DNA of 64,000 nucleotides from Perkinsus olseni (Eukaryota): NCBI GenBank assembly GCA_013115125.1, contig JABANN010000044.1, positions 1 to 64,000 of the forward strand, read 5' to 3'. Shown piece by piece: positions 11,101 to 25,800 of this stretch (position 1 is its first letter; each line of letters starts with the position of its first letter). The notes under the pieces were generated by a model. It saw only the letters and a program-made list of their open reading frames with translations, ran no database searches and was not told where the DNA came from. The position numbers and the translations under genes were made by a program.

Positions 11101-14100
11101 CACCAGCATCATACGACATCACTCGGGGCAGCGGTGACGCAGACTAAGGTCGAGTCTCTATCGTATAACCACAGGTGGTCAGTCCAGGGCGAAGTCACGA
11201 GTACACTGTTGCATCCCAACCGAGCTACTGCCCGGCAGTCAACAGCATAGACCCTCAGTAAGAGCGAGTCCCCCCCACCGAGAAAACCCATCAATCCCGG
11301 TCCCTACTGCAATGGCTCAGAAGATCTTTCTGCATCCTCAGTGGTGTGAGGGCCAGCAACCGGCCGACAACACTCTGTTCCTTCGCCACCATGGCGTCTC
11401 TCTGCTGCCGAAGATATCCCCTAAGATGCCATGACCCTGGCTCACACACTCGCTACACCAGCAACAGTGGGCTACATTATCCACGCATCGACGCGTCTCT
11501 CGTCTGCACAAGGGCACAGGACCGTCAGGAGGGTTCGCAGGGATACTAACCCCATCCCACGCACGCCCCCTCTGATACCCATAAACCATGTCTTGAACCG
11601 CGATACCTGGGAGCATCAATCATGTTCCCAATGGGAAAGCTGTATGCTCAGAAGATACGACCATTTGGCAAGAGGTGACGGCCTCCTCGCGCCCCAGAAG
11701 GAGAGCTGCTATCAGCACAGCCATCCTGAACTACCTTGTTGCAAAGCTCTCGGTGCAGCAACGGCATTCCAGCATCTTCCACTCTCACACTACCATCCCC
11801 CAGCAGGGTCGACCTCCCTCGTTCGTACAGACGACGGAACTCAGACAGGAGGACTTGCCGATACGAGCCGTCGAATGTCCTGCTCATCACGACCACTGCG
11901 GCATCGGTAATATGGAGGACAACAAGGGCCCACCTCTCGGATGTCGCCTTCATGAGGACGAGCATGTTCACGGCTAAGATCACTTCATACATATTCAAAA
12001 ACTGGCAGTCCTCCAGTGGACCATGCGTAGTACACGCCGGGCGGGGTCCTGCAGAAAGGCGATGCAGACGATGAGTGGTACCGGCAAAAATCACCTTCAA
12101 GGCTGTCGCCTGAGAATGTCGGGTCATCCAATTGGATCCAAGAAGGACTGTCCATTCCCACCCCAAGGGTAGCAGCAGCAGTAGGAGGAGGAGGAGGAGG
12201 AGGAGGAGGAGGAGGAGCCGCAGACCTGATCGTAATAGCAATTGAGATCTTTGGGAGCAGCGAAATAGAACGTCAAGATACTATCAGCCGTGACGAGAGT
12301 GATTCGAGACGCACATGGCACTCTGAATGCACTACTCCCATTCGGGCAGTACCTGGTCGAGGGGAGAGCCTTCAAAATCTTTTCCAAGCCAACTTGTGCT
12401 CCACTCCATCGCACCACTTCAAGAGTCGATAGAGAAGCTGTACGGGGCAGATCGTCGAACGATAGGTATCTAGAGACGAAGGGGATCACAAGCGGCCATC
12501 GAGACTCATCCACCCGCTCAGTACAGTGAAAACGCAGACTAAAAAACGCAGCAAAGAAGATAGACCAGCGGATGCCCGGACCTACAACGCATCAGCCACA
12601 ATTCCCGCCAATTCTCCCCGACTGACTTCTTCGCCGAGTCGACGAACTTCATCAGAGGAAACGCCAGCTTCGATTAATACTCGAGAGGAGAGGGTGACCA
12701 GCGATCGTAAAGAGTTGGCCGCCAGGAGTACCTCGAAAGTTGGGATGTTCAGCAGCACTGCCGCGACGAATGACCGGCATCCGCTACCACCAGCCCAGTG
12801 CAAAACAAGTAGAAAGCGTGACACTCAGCGATCAAGTGTTTGGTTTGGTCTTGCATGGGTTGAAGCCAGCTTATACAGGCTAGACCTCAGTATAATAGCG
12901 TCATCATCGTCAGAGGATCCGCACATGGACTACCATCAGAGTTAAAGCACTACTTCAGCGTAACGAGCTAAGCGCGCAATCCCTAGCTCGCTGCACCCAG
13001 GTTCAAATCCCCCTTCCAGCATCTCACCACTTCCTCATATGCCAGAACCCCGTCCTTATCGAAGTCGAACATCCCAACAAGAAAGCCCATCTTGGCTGCA
13101 TCGCTCAGTCTGCGGCTCCACAGTGCTCCTACCGCTAGCAGCTGGTGCATGTCAACCCGCACATTTCCCGCCTGATCAGAACCCTCCTAGACGGCCGCTT
13201 GGGTTCGCCTACCTTGGCAAGCTCAGCGGCAGTGTATACCCCTTTGTAGTGAAGCATGCATGCCAACTTCCTACTGCCCTCTACCGCCAGTCCGAGGAGT
13301 TGTCCGGCCGTTCCCTGGCTCAACAATGGCCCTGCAAATACACTATCCTGTACTGCAGCGACTAGAGCTGGCGCTCGCCTTTCCTGCAGTGCTTCACGCA
13401 GTGAGTGTAGAGTTCACACAACTCCTCCTGAGACTTGGCCTTGAAGACATCCAACTCCGCCACGGTCACTCCCTGAATCAATAGCCGAATTCGATGCTAC
13501 AGCCGCCGCTATCGTCAAAAGACCTTATTAACGTGATGAACTATCCTATTTTGGATAGCACACCATCAAGGAACGCCATAATGCACTGCATAGTCAAGCG
13601 CATTGACCGACTCGACGGTCATAACATCACCATCAATGATCCAACCCAGCTTGGGCACCTGGCACTGCTCGGCCCTCCTACCTTCACCTTCTCCCTGCCT
13701 TCTAGAGCTGATACCAGTGGGTCCAACATCGTACTGTGCTCAGACCCCATACCGCCTTATGACCATAACACAGACAACTCAACTACCCGACGGCGCGCCA
13801 CAAAAATACGCCCTCCTCGGATTATCACAACGCAGCCCTCAAAACCCTACTGGAAATACAGAATGCACACTAAGACGTAGTCGTGTTGGTCGCCTTGAGT
13901 AGTAGTATATGGGCCGCTTGAACTGCTGCTACCGTACCCGAGATCATCACACTACACTTCCATCTAAGAAAACAGAACATAATGCAGGGAAGCAAGGGAG
14001 TGAAACTCAACTCAAGACGACAGCGCCAATGACCCCTCCCGACCACCTAGCTTCGAAATAGTAGCATCATTGCAGTGTCTGTCGATCTCTATGCGCTATT

Positions 14101-14535
14101 TGGCATTCACCTTCTCATCATACACAACAAAAAACTGGTCTGACACCCGTGCCTTGGCAAGTCGCGATTGCGCCATCTCGAGCCACAGTCACGACGTACT
14201 GATGCATAACAGTAACCCCTATGATGAATATAAGCCCTGCACTTTCAAAACAGTATAATACTGAAAATTGCCGCCGACCCACTCATATGGTCAACAATCC
14301 TCAAAGTACGATACTCCGTTATTACTTTGCTGCTAGCTCTTGTCGCGTCATGAGCGTCCCAGTAGTGGACATGATATCATTGAACTCGCCATTATTCATA
14401 ATCTTCTCCACTGCCTCCCTCTCGATATGACACTCAATCATACAGTGTGACTTCATCACCGCCAACCCTTCCTCCGCACCCTCCTGGATCGCGGCTGATG
14501 ATGACGCTGATGGCTCGGCAGTCGACAGGGCCATT
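8171..14535 (-). CDS. Long multi-exon hypothetical coding region (one or more genes) with one EF-hand-like motif
   Basis: Chain of minus-strand ORF segments bounded by GT..AG; AVFNALDYEKEGCLTAAALRRRL near 9090-9160; candidate first exon MALSTAEPSASS. Confidence 0.45.
12183..12217. repeat. (AGG)n microsatellite, probably intronic
   Basis: Direct reading. Confidence 0.9.
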
Positions 14536-14725
14536 TGAACCGTCCCAAAGATTTTACTCCCCCACCGGTAGAGTTCACCCGAATTGATCCCACACGCAAC
14601 AATTCGCAGTCTCTCCCCAGTACCGAGAAAGAAAAAATACACAAGTGTCCTAGTAGACCAGAATATCAGCCTCTATGCAAGTAGCGCTCGCCCAGGTAAT
14701 CGATATTGCTCTACTGCATACCTAA

Positions 14726-16593
14726 CTACTCGCTTGGAGGTGGTGCTGGTGCGACAGCCATGACCCCGTTGGCCTGTTGTTGTTGTAGGTCGTCTTGCGT
14801 ATTTCCTCCTTCCTCCTCATTCTCTTCCGGCACTGGCTTGGTCTCCTTAACCCTGTTGCATTTATTAATACGTATACCGCCTCGCTTCTTCAACTTCAAG
14901 CGGATGCGATCTCCAGAGGAGAGGTTGTAGTAGGCAAGCGTCTTGCTGTTGTCACTGAGGGAAAGTGGGAAATGTGGCGGTCGCACCACCCAGAGTGGTC
15001 GTGTGACGACCAGCAGTCCGCGAACGCCCAATCTATAGATAATCCACAGAACCGTGCAGCAGGACTCCGCTCACGCAAGCTTCGGTTATTGAACCCAATT
15101 GCTGGACGCTCATTCGCAATGTCCACAGGCGCCGAACAAAATTACCCATTTGAACAAAACGTTCATGTACCACTCATCCACCGTTCTTACTTGAGCACAC
15201 CCGTCTCCCTCACAATAAGCTTCATGACGCCAGCCTTCCATCCCTGGGCCTTAGCCTCAAGCATGGACTTCAACTCGCCAATGGTCATACGCATACTCAA
15301 GTCGTCTATGACTATGTTGTTGGGCGAGATCTGACCCTTCTGACGAATCGGCGCCGGAATTCTCTGTATTATACGTAGTGATAGAGTTTCGCCTACCATG
15401 CACAAAATCGATCACCTGATCGATTCGACACTCTACCTTTTCTGGCGATCCAGTTCTCTTCCGACATCAGATCGACTCCCAACGGCCGTCTTATGCACAG
15501 ATCCCGCATGTGACCTCGCCAGGGATCGATCGCCCCGAACCCACGAACATCCAGCTCGCCCCTCTTCGCCTTATCACACGTGGAGATGATGAAGCCAGCC
15601 TTGGAATGAGCGTTCAGGAAAAACGCACTAAAATGAAACACATCTCAGCGGAGCGAAACATGAAAATTGAACTCCATTTCCAGCTTCAAATATATTCATA
15701 GCACAATCCAAACTTGCCCTCCGAAAAGGCCTCCCAGGAAACCAAAGCCCCGAAAACCTCAACGCTCCCAGTGTGAGATGTGACCACCCAGCACTTAGCG
15801 CGTCACTAGCAATTACTGACTACCCGTAGACTCATGTAAGATCACAGTGTCGAAGAGAACGCCCTAATCCATGATAACCCACCCGAGTTATATTACCGAT
15901 CGGCATCCAGATGGTCCGTAACCTTCAAGAGAAGCTCCGGCGAAAGCGACTGCATCACGACCACACACTTCAAATCCAGCTCGCCTGGACGCAGTGTTCC
16001 ATCTGAAAATACTTCATACCACTCCCCTCCCAAATCTATCTCAAGTATTACCCTGAGACCTCGCCGCTGAGTGCAATGCGCGCGCCTCGGGTCACCATGG
16101 CAAACTCTGACTGCCTCCTCAGCTCACCCACCCCCATTTCAAAATTCCCCATAAATTCGCGCCACTCGCCCCAGATACTAATACTACCTTCAAGGTACTT
16201 GACTATTCTATTCCTGACATTCTTGGGTAGGAATCGTGCGGCGTTCATCGCTGCGTCATCACCAAACTTGTCGAGCTCCGGGCAGTAGCTATCAGGCTGT
16301 GTTCCGATCCCCAACGGCGTGTCATTTACAGGATTCCACTGCATGCCGACGTACGTATCACGGTCACCTAAGCTCGGCCAATATTTGACCGCTGCGCCAC
16401 GAAATTACCGCATCTTACTGAGGACTTTCATCTGCGCACACTGTATGTGTTTGTTCCTCTCCTCAGGTGTAGCCAGTGTAGTCTCATGACCATTCCCTCC
16501 CGGTATTGGGTAGGCCTCTCGCTTAGCCGGCGGGCCGGAGGCGATCACACCACCAATGCCGTTGTTGTTCTGGTCCATGTTAATGGAACTCAT
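14726..16593 (-). CDS. Multi-exon protein with a C-terminal ubiquitin-like domain of SF3A1 type
   Basis: MRMTIGELKSMLEAK...DNSKTLAYYNLSSGDRIRLKLKKRGG resembles the SF3A1 UBL end DSNSLAYYNM...LALKERGG; no SURP domains seen. Confidence 0.6.
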
Positions 16594-16892
16594 AACAGGA
16601 ACCCAAGCTATCGGTAAACGAGGTCACAATAAATCACCACCCTCACAGATTCCATCAATGGTACTGCTGCGCGGGACAAAATTCGATAAATACCTTCTAC
16701 CGCAAATCCACCACATCACTTGAAAATTCGTTATCAACTACACAGAGCTTTCCCCCGCCACCGCCAAAATTCACGATTTCCCCAATCCCCGTCCCCTCAA
16801 CACCAGGCACCACAGCCATTATTGCGTAAACGTATCGTCCAACTTCCATCGGGAATTGTTATCATTAGTAAAGAGTCTTCCCCAAAGCATCC

Positions 16893-19800
16893 TCATACAG
16901 CCACCTCTACCTCATACTCATGATCAGCTCCCATGAAACTGTCACTCATCAAACACCTGAGGCAACCAAAGATTCTCCATCAGGTCTCTCACAGCCCTTC
17001 CCTATTACAATGTATACGTGTACTTTCCGGGCTTCTCAGGTAGTCTGAACTGCAGCTTAGCCTTCACTTGCGCCTTATTGATGGTCACACGTCGGATGGC
17101 GACGAGACTGTCCTTCATACCAGCAACCAACCACCAAGATTCCTCCTTCTCTCCAGGGTAATACCTGTTGTCAATCAACATCCCAAGGTAAAGGTCTGCT
17201 ACTATCAACATAACCTACTTAGCGTACACAGGTACGAATCCGGCAGTCTTATCGATCACGCCAAGATCGCCATCTCGCTCCAAAACCACCGGAATCTGAC
17301 GCGAAGAAGAGCCAATAAATATCCGAAGGATTCAACACGGAAAGCAAGCGTACTCCATAACACCAGAATAGCCGCGGAAAAGTCACAACCGGCACTCCTT
17401 AACTAACTAGTTGCGGGCAGTTCACATGGTCATGCAGAAGATGACCAGTCCGCAGGGTCCACGCAGGAGGATCCCCTTTCCCCTCAATGGTCCTTACTGT
17501 AACGGTCTTGCCATCCTTAGATTTATTGACCTTATACTCCATGTTAATGCTCGGGAACTGGTTACACGCCTGGGCCACTTCGGCCACTTGGGACTCGGAA
17601 AGGTTGCGGAACAGTTTATTGCGCTTGTCATCATCCAAGTCCAAAATATCAAGCACATCTTCAACCTAAGATACAACCATGAATCCGAAAATCGCATCGC
17701 TCCGCCGTCATTTTTACCTTCATCTTCTTAGCCTCATCCACTATGTCCTGGTTAATGTACGGCAACTGCATCAGCAGGCTGGTCTCAGGTCCCATCGCCT
17801 GGACGACCATTTGCGACAGTTCCATGGCACGAAGAGCCACTCGGTACCTAGTCAATATCGATCATCAGAGCGCGCGCTAAACCATCCCCCATTGCATACT
17901 ACCATTCATGACTCGCCACCACATCCACCATGGCCTGGATGAGCCTAGTGGAGTTGAGTAGTATCGTACGTTGATCCGCGGCAAGATCAGATCCCGGAAG
18001 TCTCTGTCTTGCCAGATGGGCGTGCAGGAGTATGACACACTTAACCATCGGGTCTCCTTGCTTCAGCTTACTAGTCTCAACCGGTACCTTCAAAATCAAC
18101 AATCAGAGCACACTATTATTCTAGCACGGATGCCAAATCGATCAAAATGGACTACATCCGACCTCAAGATACCCCTCACCTTGAGACGCTCAGCCAGAGC
18201 CCTGAGTGTTCCCTCTTCACCAGGTCGGACAGGAATCGACTCGAACTCAGTCGCTCCGCAAAGAGCTTCCACCAACGCACGACGCTTGCTCGTCCGAGTG
18301 ATGTTGCGTGAGAAGATCTCAATAGTAGATGGCCGGGTGTAGTAATATCTATGAAACGGTTGATCGATTTCAACAATCACTACACACACCCCAAAACCTA
18401 CGCTGCAACCATGCCGAGGTTCGTGCTGCTAAGGGTGATCTCATCTTCGCCAATTTCCACGCAGCCAGTCTGAGCCAGGGCATCTGCTGTCGACTCGATG
18501 ATCTCAGAAAGGAAGTCAGATATATCTTGCGGTGACACACCCTAAAAAATAAATAAAAATCGCTTCGCTCCGCCCTCGTCGTATTGTCATATCCCCACCT
18601 GTAGGGAGTAGTAATTCGGGTTGCGAGTGATTCTCCTGTAGAAGAAGGTCCATGTGAGCCAATCCACAGCGTCTTGCTTGTTCTCGATCGTACCAGACAC
18701 AACCTGAGATTAAAAATCACCACATCCCCCCCTCAGAACGAGAAGGCCTCGGGACACGGACGAGGGGCAGAGCGTTCCGGCATTCGATCGATACATCAAT
18801 GAACCATCGGGCAACCTACTCTCACTATGACCACGGACTAGGAGTAAGATAGTGAGACCCAAGAACCCACCTCAGCATTGAGATGATCCGTCAATTTCTG
18901 ATCCAACTGCGACTCCACCGGCATGGGCTCGTATATGAACTTCTTATAGTAATCCTTCTTGGTGGTAGGGCACAGCAGTGCGCATCTGCGAGGAACAATC
19001 AGCTTCGCTCCGCTGCAGCCCTTTGAAGATTTACGTTGCATGATCATCTATGCCCGGTCGGCCAGCGATAGACATCATCTCCACCACATCAGCAACATCG
19101 TAGTCGACATAACGGCGTTGTCTGATAAAGAAATGCACAATGCTGGGATCGAACCCACGGCCTCCACAACAGCGGTACCTCGCATCGTATTTAACAGTGT
19201 CCATCACCACAACCATCCTGCAGCCTGCATTACGTGTCTGCGGCAGTAGACCCCAAGCAAGGTCCACCGTCACTACCATAATCTAAAGAGAAACACCTCA
19301 GCCCGGAATCGAACCCACAACCTTTCTTACTTGTACAGCACCGCTCTCGAATAGCTCCATTAGACCATCTCTCTCCCTACTGCTCAGACCTTCATGCATG
19401 TACCCAATGCCATGCATCAAGGACGTCACCAATCCCCGCTCTCGAGTCTTCCATCCATACTCCTTAGCCAGACCCTCTATATGCTCCTTCATCGCCGTTT
19501 CAGACAAGTGACGGAATCTGCACGCATGCACAACAAGATACGCCCAGAAAAGAGCATCAATGGGGTCGTTTAATAAACCAATTCGGAGACTCTGAAGCTA
19601 TTCTTTTTTTCCGCATTTCACGAGTAATTATCAATTTCAGAATTGCTTTATTGAACAGGGGGATCATCAAACGGTTCGTTTCACAGGCCTATCACCGCAA
19701 CTACCTGTCAGGGCTGTTATCAGCAGTAGCTTGAAGCATGAGATCAGCGGCCACCATCCGACTCTGTCGGCGGTCGCCAACAAATACCACAACAGGCTGA

Positions 19801-22800
19801 GTCGGAGAGTTCGCCTTGATAAGGTTGTATCTGCGAACGATAACGGCATTCATGAACCGCTTCGCTCCGCTAAGGCGTTCTCACGTTGGTCTCGTCATGG
19901 CTGCCATCCTAGCATTCCTGCTGTAGATATCATAACCGTGAATGATGACCTTCACCGGCACCGCGCGGATCTTGGTAGGGAAGTTGAATTGGGAGGACAC
20001 CGGCGCACCCATCCAACCACCAAGGTCATTGGCATTCTAAGGAGATATAAAATACACTCGCCACGATTCGTACTCGGGACCCAGCTCAGCAAGACCTAGA
20101 GGTGTACCACCGGAGCGAATTATATTACTGAAATCGATGCCGCCAGTCCGATGATCCTGCAGGGTTTGAATGCCTCTCCACTCTCAGAAGCTTGGGCCGA
20201 CAGATTGGAGGTGATGTATCTGTTGATAAGCGCGGCGGTATCATCATCGAACGACCACTGCAAGTACGTGAGGCCCTACCTCATCCTCGACACGCAGACT
20301 TCCATAGTAGCGCCAACACTTGGATGGTTGAGGAGATGCAAATCATCAGCAATGAACAAGGACACCTACAAAGGGATACGTATCTCATCTCCATGCTTGC
20401 GAAATACAAAATAAGTCAAGCTGTCCCTAACTACCTGCTGCACGGGCTTCCTAGTTCTCCACCTTCTCGATATCATATCCCAATGCTCTGGAGTTGTAAT
20501 CACAATATGTGATGAATCCAACAACTTCAAATCTTGTGACGCCTCGCCTACCATAAATCCCCATACTCGCGATCTTCTCAACCACTGATTCGAGCAGTCG
20601 ACGCTTACCGGTGAGCTTAGTGACTACACACCCTAGGCCTTCGACACCGAACTTCCTCTGCCAATCCGTCAACCTCAACTCCGCCAACCGTTCAAACGGA
20701 CACATATAGACACACCGTTTGATCTGATACAAAAAGAGCAAAACATGCATCGCTTCGCTCCGCCATTATTACCTCATATTCCTTTAGCATCCTCAATACG
20801 GCAAATTCGGCGCACTGCAGCTTGCCCGAGTTGGCCGGGGCGCACAGGAGTGTGTTGTCGTCACTTTGGAACATTTGAGTGAACGTCTGCGTCTGTATCG
20901 GATTGAGCTTGCCAGCTACAAAGAGAAAAGAGGCATGTACGCAGTAAGGCCATACCACTCCTTTCCCTACTCGCGCCATAGAACACTTGCTCTGCCTTAG
21001 GCCATTTCAGTGCAGTGATAGGCAATGGCATCAGATCCAGCAGCTCAGTCTCCGGAGGATTCCGCTCCGGCAGGATCAACCGACGGAAGTTAACCGGCAA
21101 CAAAGATTCCGCACCGATCCACCTGAACCAGGTCAACCTCGCATCTTTGCGTATCCTTCCCTGTGCGCAACCCACCTATCAGACACGCATCTGATGAAAT
21201 AGTGGGGCGGCATCGGATCAGTGATGGGCACCGTGAAGGTGAGAGTATGCTCTTGGTCAGCTTGGGACTGCCTCAGCACAAATAACTCATAGTAGAGGAT
21301 GGTCTCTTGCTGTGTATCCTCTACGAAGATCCAGAAGGGTTCAGTAGAGGAATGCACCTAAGCATACCATCATCGGCAACCCGCTCACCCCAGTGAGACC
21401 AAATCCATCAGCAATCATTCGCGCCCTACTACCTTAGAATCGAACTGGAAATCCGGGGTCAGGGTTAGCTCGACCAGAAGGCAGCTGCGGGTCAACGGCT
21501 GCACGTAGGCGGCCAGATCCAGTTTAGGGAATTGATGGACGTACTTGTAGATATGTTTACCTACATTGGGCATTAACAACCCGAAGATCCCGGGTTCGAG
21601 TCCCAGAGTCTGCATTATTCTCACCTAGCTTAGGTGCCCTCAGGAGTTCGCCGATTTCGTGAGGCTTGTAGTCGTAGTACTGTTCGAAGCGGATATCCTT
21701 CTTCTCAATCTTGCGCAAGATATCCTGAGAGTCGATCAACATCGCAACTTAAGTCCACTCATGCAAGATACGGAGTAGGTCGAGTTCAGTACCTCAGGGA
21801 TTTCTTTGAAGTGTCTCAAGGGAGTCTGCACGCTCCAGAAACGCTTCTCCACCACTTTGCTCCACAGAAGTGCCTTCTTAGCAAGATCAGCCCAGCCTCG
21901 GCGCAGGGCAATCTCGAAGAGAGCTCGGAAGATACGCCCCGCAGACTGCTCCACATATCTGCGAAAGGAGTGGTATGAACGCATTAAAAATATCACCATG
22001 AATTCTCATCAATACCAAAACGTCGGCATCTTAGGACGGAAGATCTACGTAAGGTAGGAAATACTACTACTTGGCCATGCAGATACGAAGAGGATACTAC
22101 GCGTGTACGGAAATGGTTCGATATTGCATATTAGTGCAGTACGGAACGAGGGAGTGTGAAAGCCGGTACACCGACGAGAGCGCTCGTACCACTACCAGCA
22201 ATGTCGACACTTACACCATATCTGCCTGTAGAGCAAAGCCTTCAAGAGGCAACCTAGAGATGTATGCCTGGAGGAGGACATTGATCTTAGATCCAGTCTC
22301 CTCAGCACCACCCTTCACTGGTATCGGAACCTGTCAAAGATACTACCATAGTCATGATCCGACCTAAAGATACTACCTTCTCCACAAGTTTGCTCAGCTC
22401 AACCTTCTCCTCCTCCCTCACAGGGATGTACTTGAACTCCGAGCTCAAGGAGAAAAGACGTAGTAGCTCAATGTCCGACATACGAGGCTTCAGATGCTGA
22501 TTATACACAGCCATCGAGGGATACCTGAGTTGCAATTGTTATGGTATGGCTACTGAACACCCATCCTGGTCGTCCTACTTAATATAGTAGTGAGCGGCAA
22601 CTCTTCCCAAGGCTGTGATGTGGCATTGCCCTGTCCTCTTGTCATACTTAACAAGGCCATTCTTATCGAGCATAGTCATCGCTGCGTGGCAGAGGTTAAC
22701 TCGGTGCTGAAACAAACAACGGTCATCTTCTCCGGAGATGGGCGACAAACGAGTAACCAGTGACGCACAATAATGATCCAACCTCACAGGAAGAGCGGCT

Positions 22801-25800
22801 ACTCAATCGACTACCGCGCGCCACAAAATTCCAACCACCGTCCGTCCCGAGTATCTTTCTACCTGTATGAGCTTAGGGTCATCCCTAGGATTCCCCTCTT
22901 CCTCTCCCATCGGCACACCATACAGTTGGGGTGCCTTCATCATCCTCACGTGCAGATACGTATACCCCAACCACCGCACTGCATCATCCCTAGACGCTAT
23001 AGTCCCCAAGGCCATCTCAGCATTAATCATATCAGGCAAGGCTGACAACATCTGTGACTCAATCGGTAGCTGAGTGTTGTTCAAGGAGAGGTAGTACTGC
23101 AGCTCCGAACGATTGGTTATGACGATACCTGAGAAAAATATCGGAAAGCATCTCCACAATAACCTCAGTAACGCTACGAGAGTCTAGCCATCAAAAAGCC
23201 CTAAAAGTCTCAACAATGATTTGATTGCAGTGGCAGCGAAGCCATGCGGTAGTGGTCGCCTCACCATGTCCAGTAGTATCATACTGAGGCCTGCCAGCTC
23301 GCCCCATCATCTGCATCATGTCCATAGGGCTGAGCTCCATCCAATCACCCTTCTCCGGGCTGTACACCTGTGTCCCCTTGATGATAACCGTATGGGCCGG
23401 CAAGTTGACACCCCACGCCAGAGTCAGAGTAGACACCAGCACTTGGATATGCCCATCCGCGAAGAGGTCCTCCACAGTAGTTCTGTCCACTCTCGCCATA
23501 CCGGCATGATGGATACCGAAACCGTACTTCAGCAGATCAGCCAGATCTGGGGACTTTATGGTATTCTCAATCTCATTCTCAATGATCTGCCTCGACGCTC
23601 CACTCTCAGGAAGGAACTTTCCGAGCAGCTCCTTCTCCATGGCCATATCTCTGAGCTCTCTCGCCGTCTTCAGCGTGTCCTTCCTCGAGTGCACGAATAT
23701 GATAATCTGATTCTTGCCAGCATCAGCCTCCACCTTCTCGAACAGGACCTCATTCATCACGTTCGCCCTCTTGATAGCCTTCTTCGAGCTAACCCCAACA
23801 TAGGTTTGGTCCAAAGGCACAGGGCGATAGTCTTGGCCGAAGTAGAAGAGACCCCGGTTCAAATTCACTCTCAGAAACAATGCAACATCCTTATAGTTGG
23901 GCAGAGTGGCCGACAGACCGACCAGCCTCACATGCTCCTGAGTCTGCTCAATCTGTCGTAGAGTACGAGCCACGATAGCCTCCAGGACCGGACCACGACT
24001 ATCGTGAAGGAGATGGATCTAGAGAGAGGGAGTATCCGAGAGACTCCAAAGCACGGCTAGAGACCTACCTCATCAATGATGATGAGCTTCACAAGGGCGG
24101 TGAAGCCTCGGCTCTCGCCAGCCTTCCGAGTGACAACATCCCACTTCTCAGGGGTAGTTACGATGATGTTGGTCTGCTCGATCTGCTCACGGCTGAGGGA
24201 TTGATCTCCAGAAAGCTCCTTCACAACTAGGCCGAGGTCGCCCAAGCGTAGCGAGAAGGACTGCACCACCTCCTGAAATGCGAACAAATGGCCGCACGGT
24301 AGGCATGTGATACGTCAAGCGAAAGGCCCCAGGTTCTAACCCTACACACCTGCACAAGAGCCTTCATCGGGGCAACATAAACCATCTTGAAGGCACTCGT
24401 GTCGAAGCCATCCTCCGTACGATACTGCTTCAACACCTACAATAGAGAGACGGTGATCACTCTGACCAGGCAGCGGTGATCCTCAGTACGTTCATAATAG
24501 TCAGCATGGCTACGTTGGTCTTGCCGGCACCAGTCGGGGCGCACATCAGAAGATTCTCTTCGAACTCATTATAGGCTATGGGGAAGACCTGAAGATGAGA
24601 CCACTTCGCAATGCCCATGACGAGAGTGTGGCAAGAATTAGCCACTGGAATTATGCCGGAGGGACCCTCCTCGTACCTTCGACTGTACTGCATTAAGCCT
24701 CTCAAAGTGCTTGAAGGCGGGACAGGCCCAATCAGGAAGAGCATCCTTAACCTGATACATCACCACGCCATCGATGAGTGCTTTGCTGCTGCTGTTATCG
24801 TCACCTTAATCAAGGAGCCCTCCTTGACCTTAGCCTTAGGAGGGGCCTGTACAACAACCTCCTCATACCCCTTGTGGCTCGATGTGAACACATCGGTGTT
24901 TTTAGCTGGCTCGAATGATTGGTTACTCATGAACCTGCACAATAAAGTAAAACACCATGCCCAGGAACTGAACCCGCGACCAAGCCCGTCCCTAGTACCT
25001 TGCCCCACCCGGCAGCTGGAGTGAGTCCAAATCGACCAGCTTGGACGGGTTAGGCATCTTAGCCGCCTCTCGTGTCTCCCCAGCCTCGGCCATCTCGACA
25101 TCACCATCTTCCTGCTGTGCCGAGGAGGAGCCCTTCGCCCCTTCCTTCAACTTCTTAGCCTCGGACCTGTAGCAACAAACCCATACCACTCCGAGCCCAT
25201 CTCCCAACAAATAACCCCCACTAAGACCATGCTTGGGATGCCCCGCCATGACAGAGCTAATCCCAGCCGCACAACTCGACACCGCTCGGTGACAACCGCC
25301 GAGAGCCCCTCTGTCTCACCTCAGCTGCTGCCTTCTGCTGCCTTCACCCTCACCTCCTTTTCCATCGGCATCGCCCAACTTCTCATAGTCTTCATGATGA
25401 TGAGCGATGCGCCACTCCTCGAGGACCTCTGCGGCTGCTGGATCCTCTTCCATCTCCTTCTCAAGAGACTTACGCTCCTCTGCAATGACAACACCATCAT
25501 TCCAGCTACAGTAGCTCCGCCACCCACCTGGAGTCTGAGCCTGGTTGATCTTAGTACAGTACCATATCTTGATCCTATTGTTGACCAAGATCTTGCAGAA
25601 GTCGAAGTGCTTGTACTTGAAGATTTGCACCAGTTTATTCTCAACACTCTGTGAGTCCGGCAGCCTCAAGACGTCAAGGATGGACTTCTCCACGGTGATG
25701 ACCTCAGAGCTGTCCTTCACGCGTTTTCCCTGCCAACGACCGTTATTACCAGCCTGTGGTGGTGATGGACGAGGACTCACCAGTTCCCTCTGCAGCCAAT

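Noticed and set aside
11648-12513. DIRS-like RNase H (LNMYEVILAV..HITDAAVV)
   Set aside because: No RT or tyrosine-recombinase motifs nearby, and the region has spliceosomal intron signals like an ordinary gene.
12995-13015. B-box GGTTCAAATCC
   Set aside because: It appears to fall in a minus-strand exon (EGGFEPG) and is explained by codons. The same applies to hits at ~52450 and ~62110.
20330-20845. Degenerate Walker motifs (NSGKL, DDLH) as evidence of BRR2 decay
   Set aside because: The C-terminal cassette of Brr2 is normally catalytically inactive.
21567-21614. Functional tRNA gene
   Set aside because: No acceptor 5' strand or D-arm; the upstream sequence is a BRR2 exon.
23221-23961. 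Long antisense ORFs over BRR2, the MFS genes and the array genes
   Set aside because: Shadow ORFs of GC-rich coding strands.
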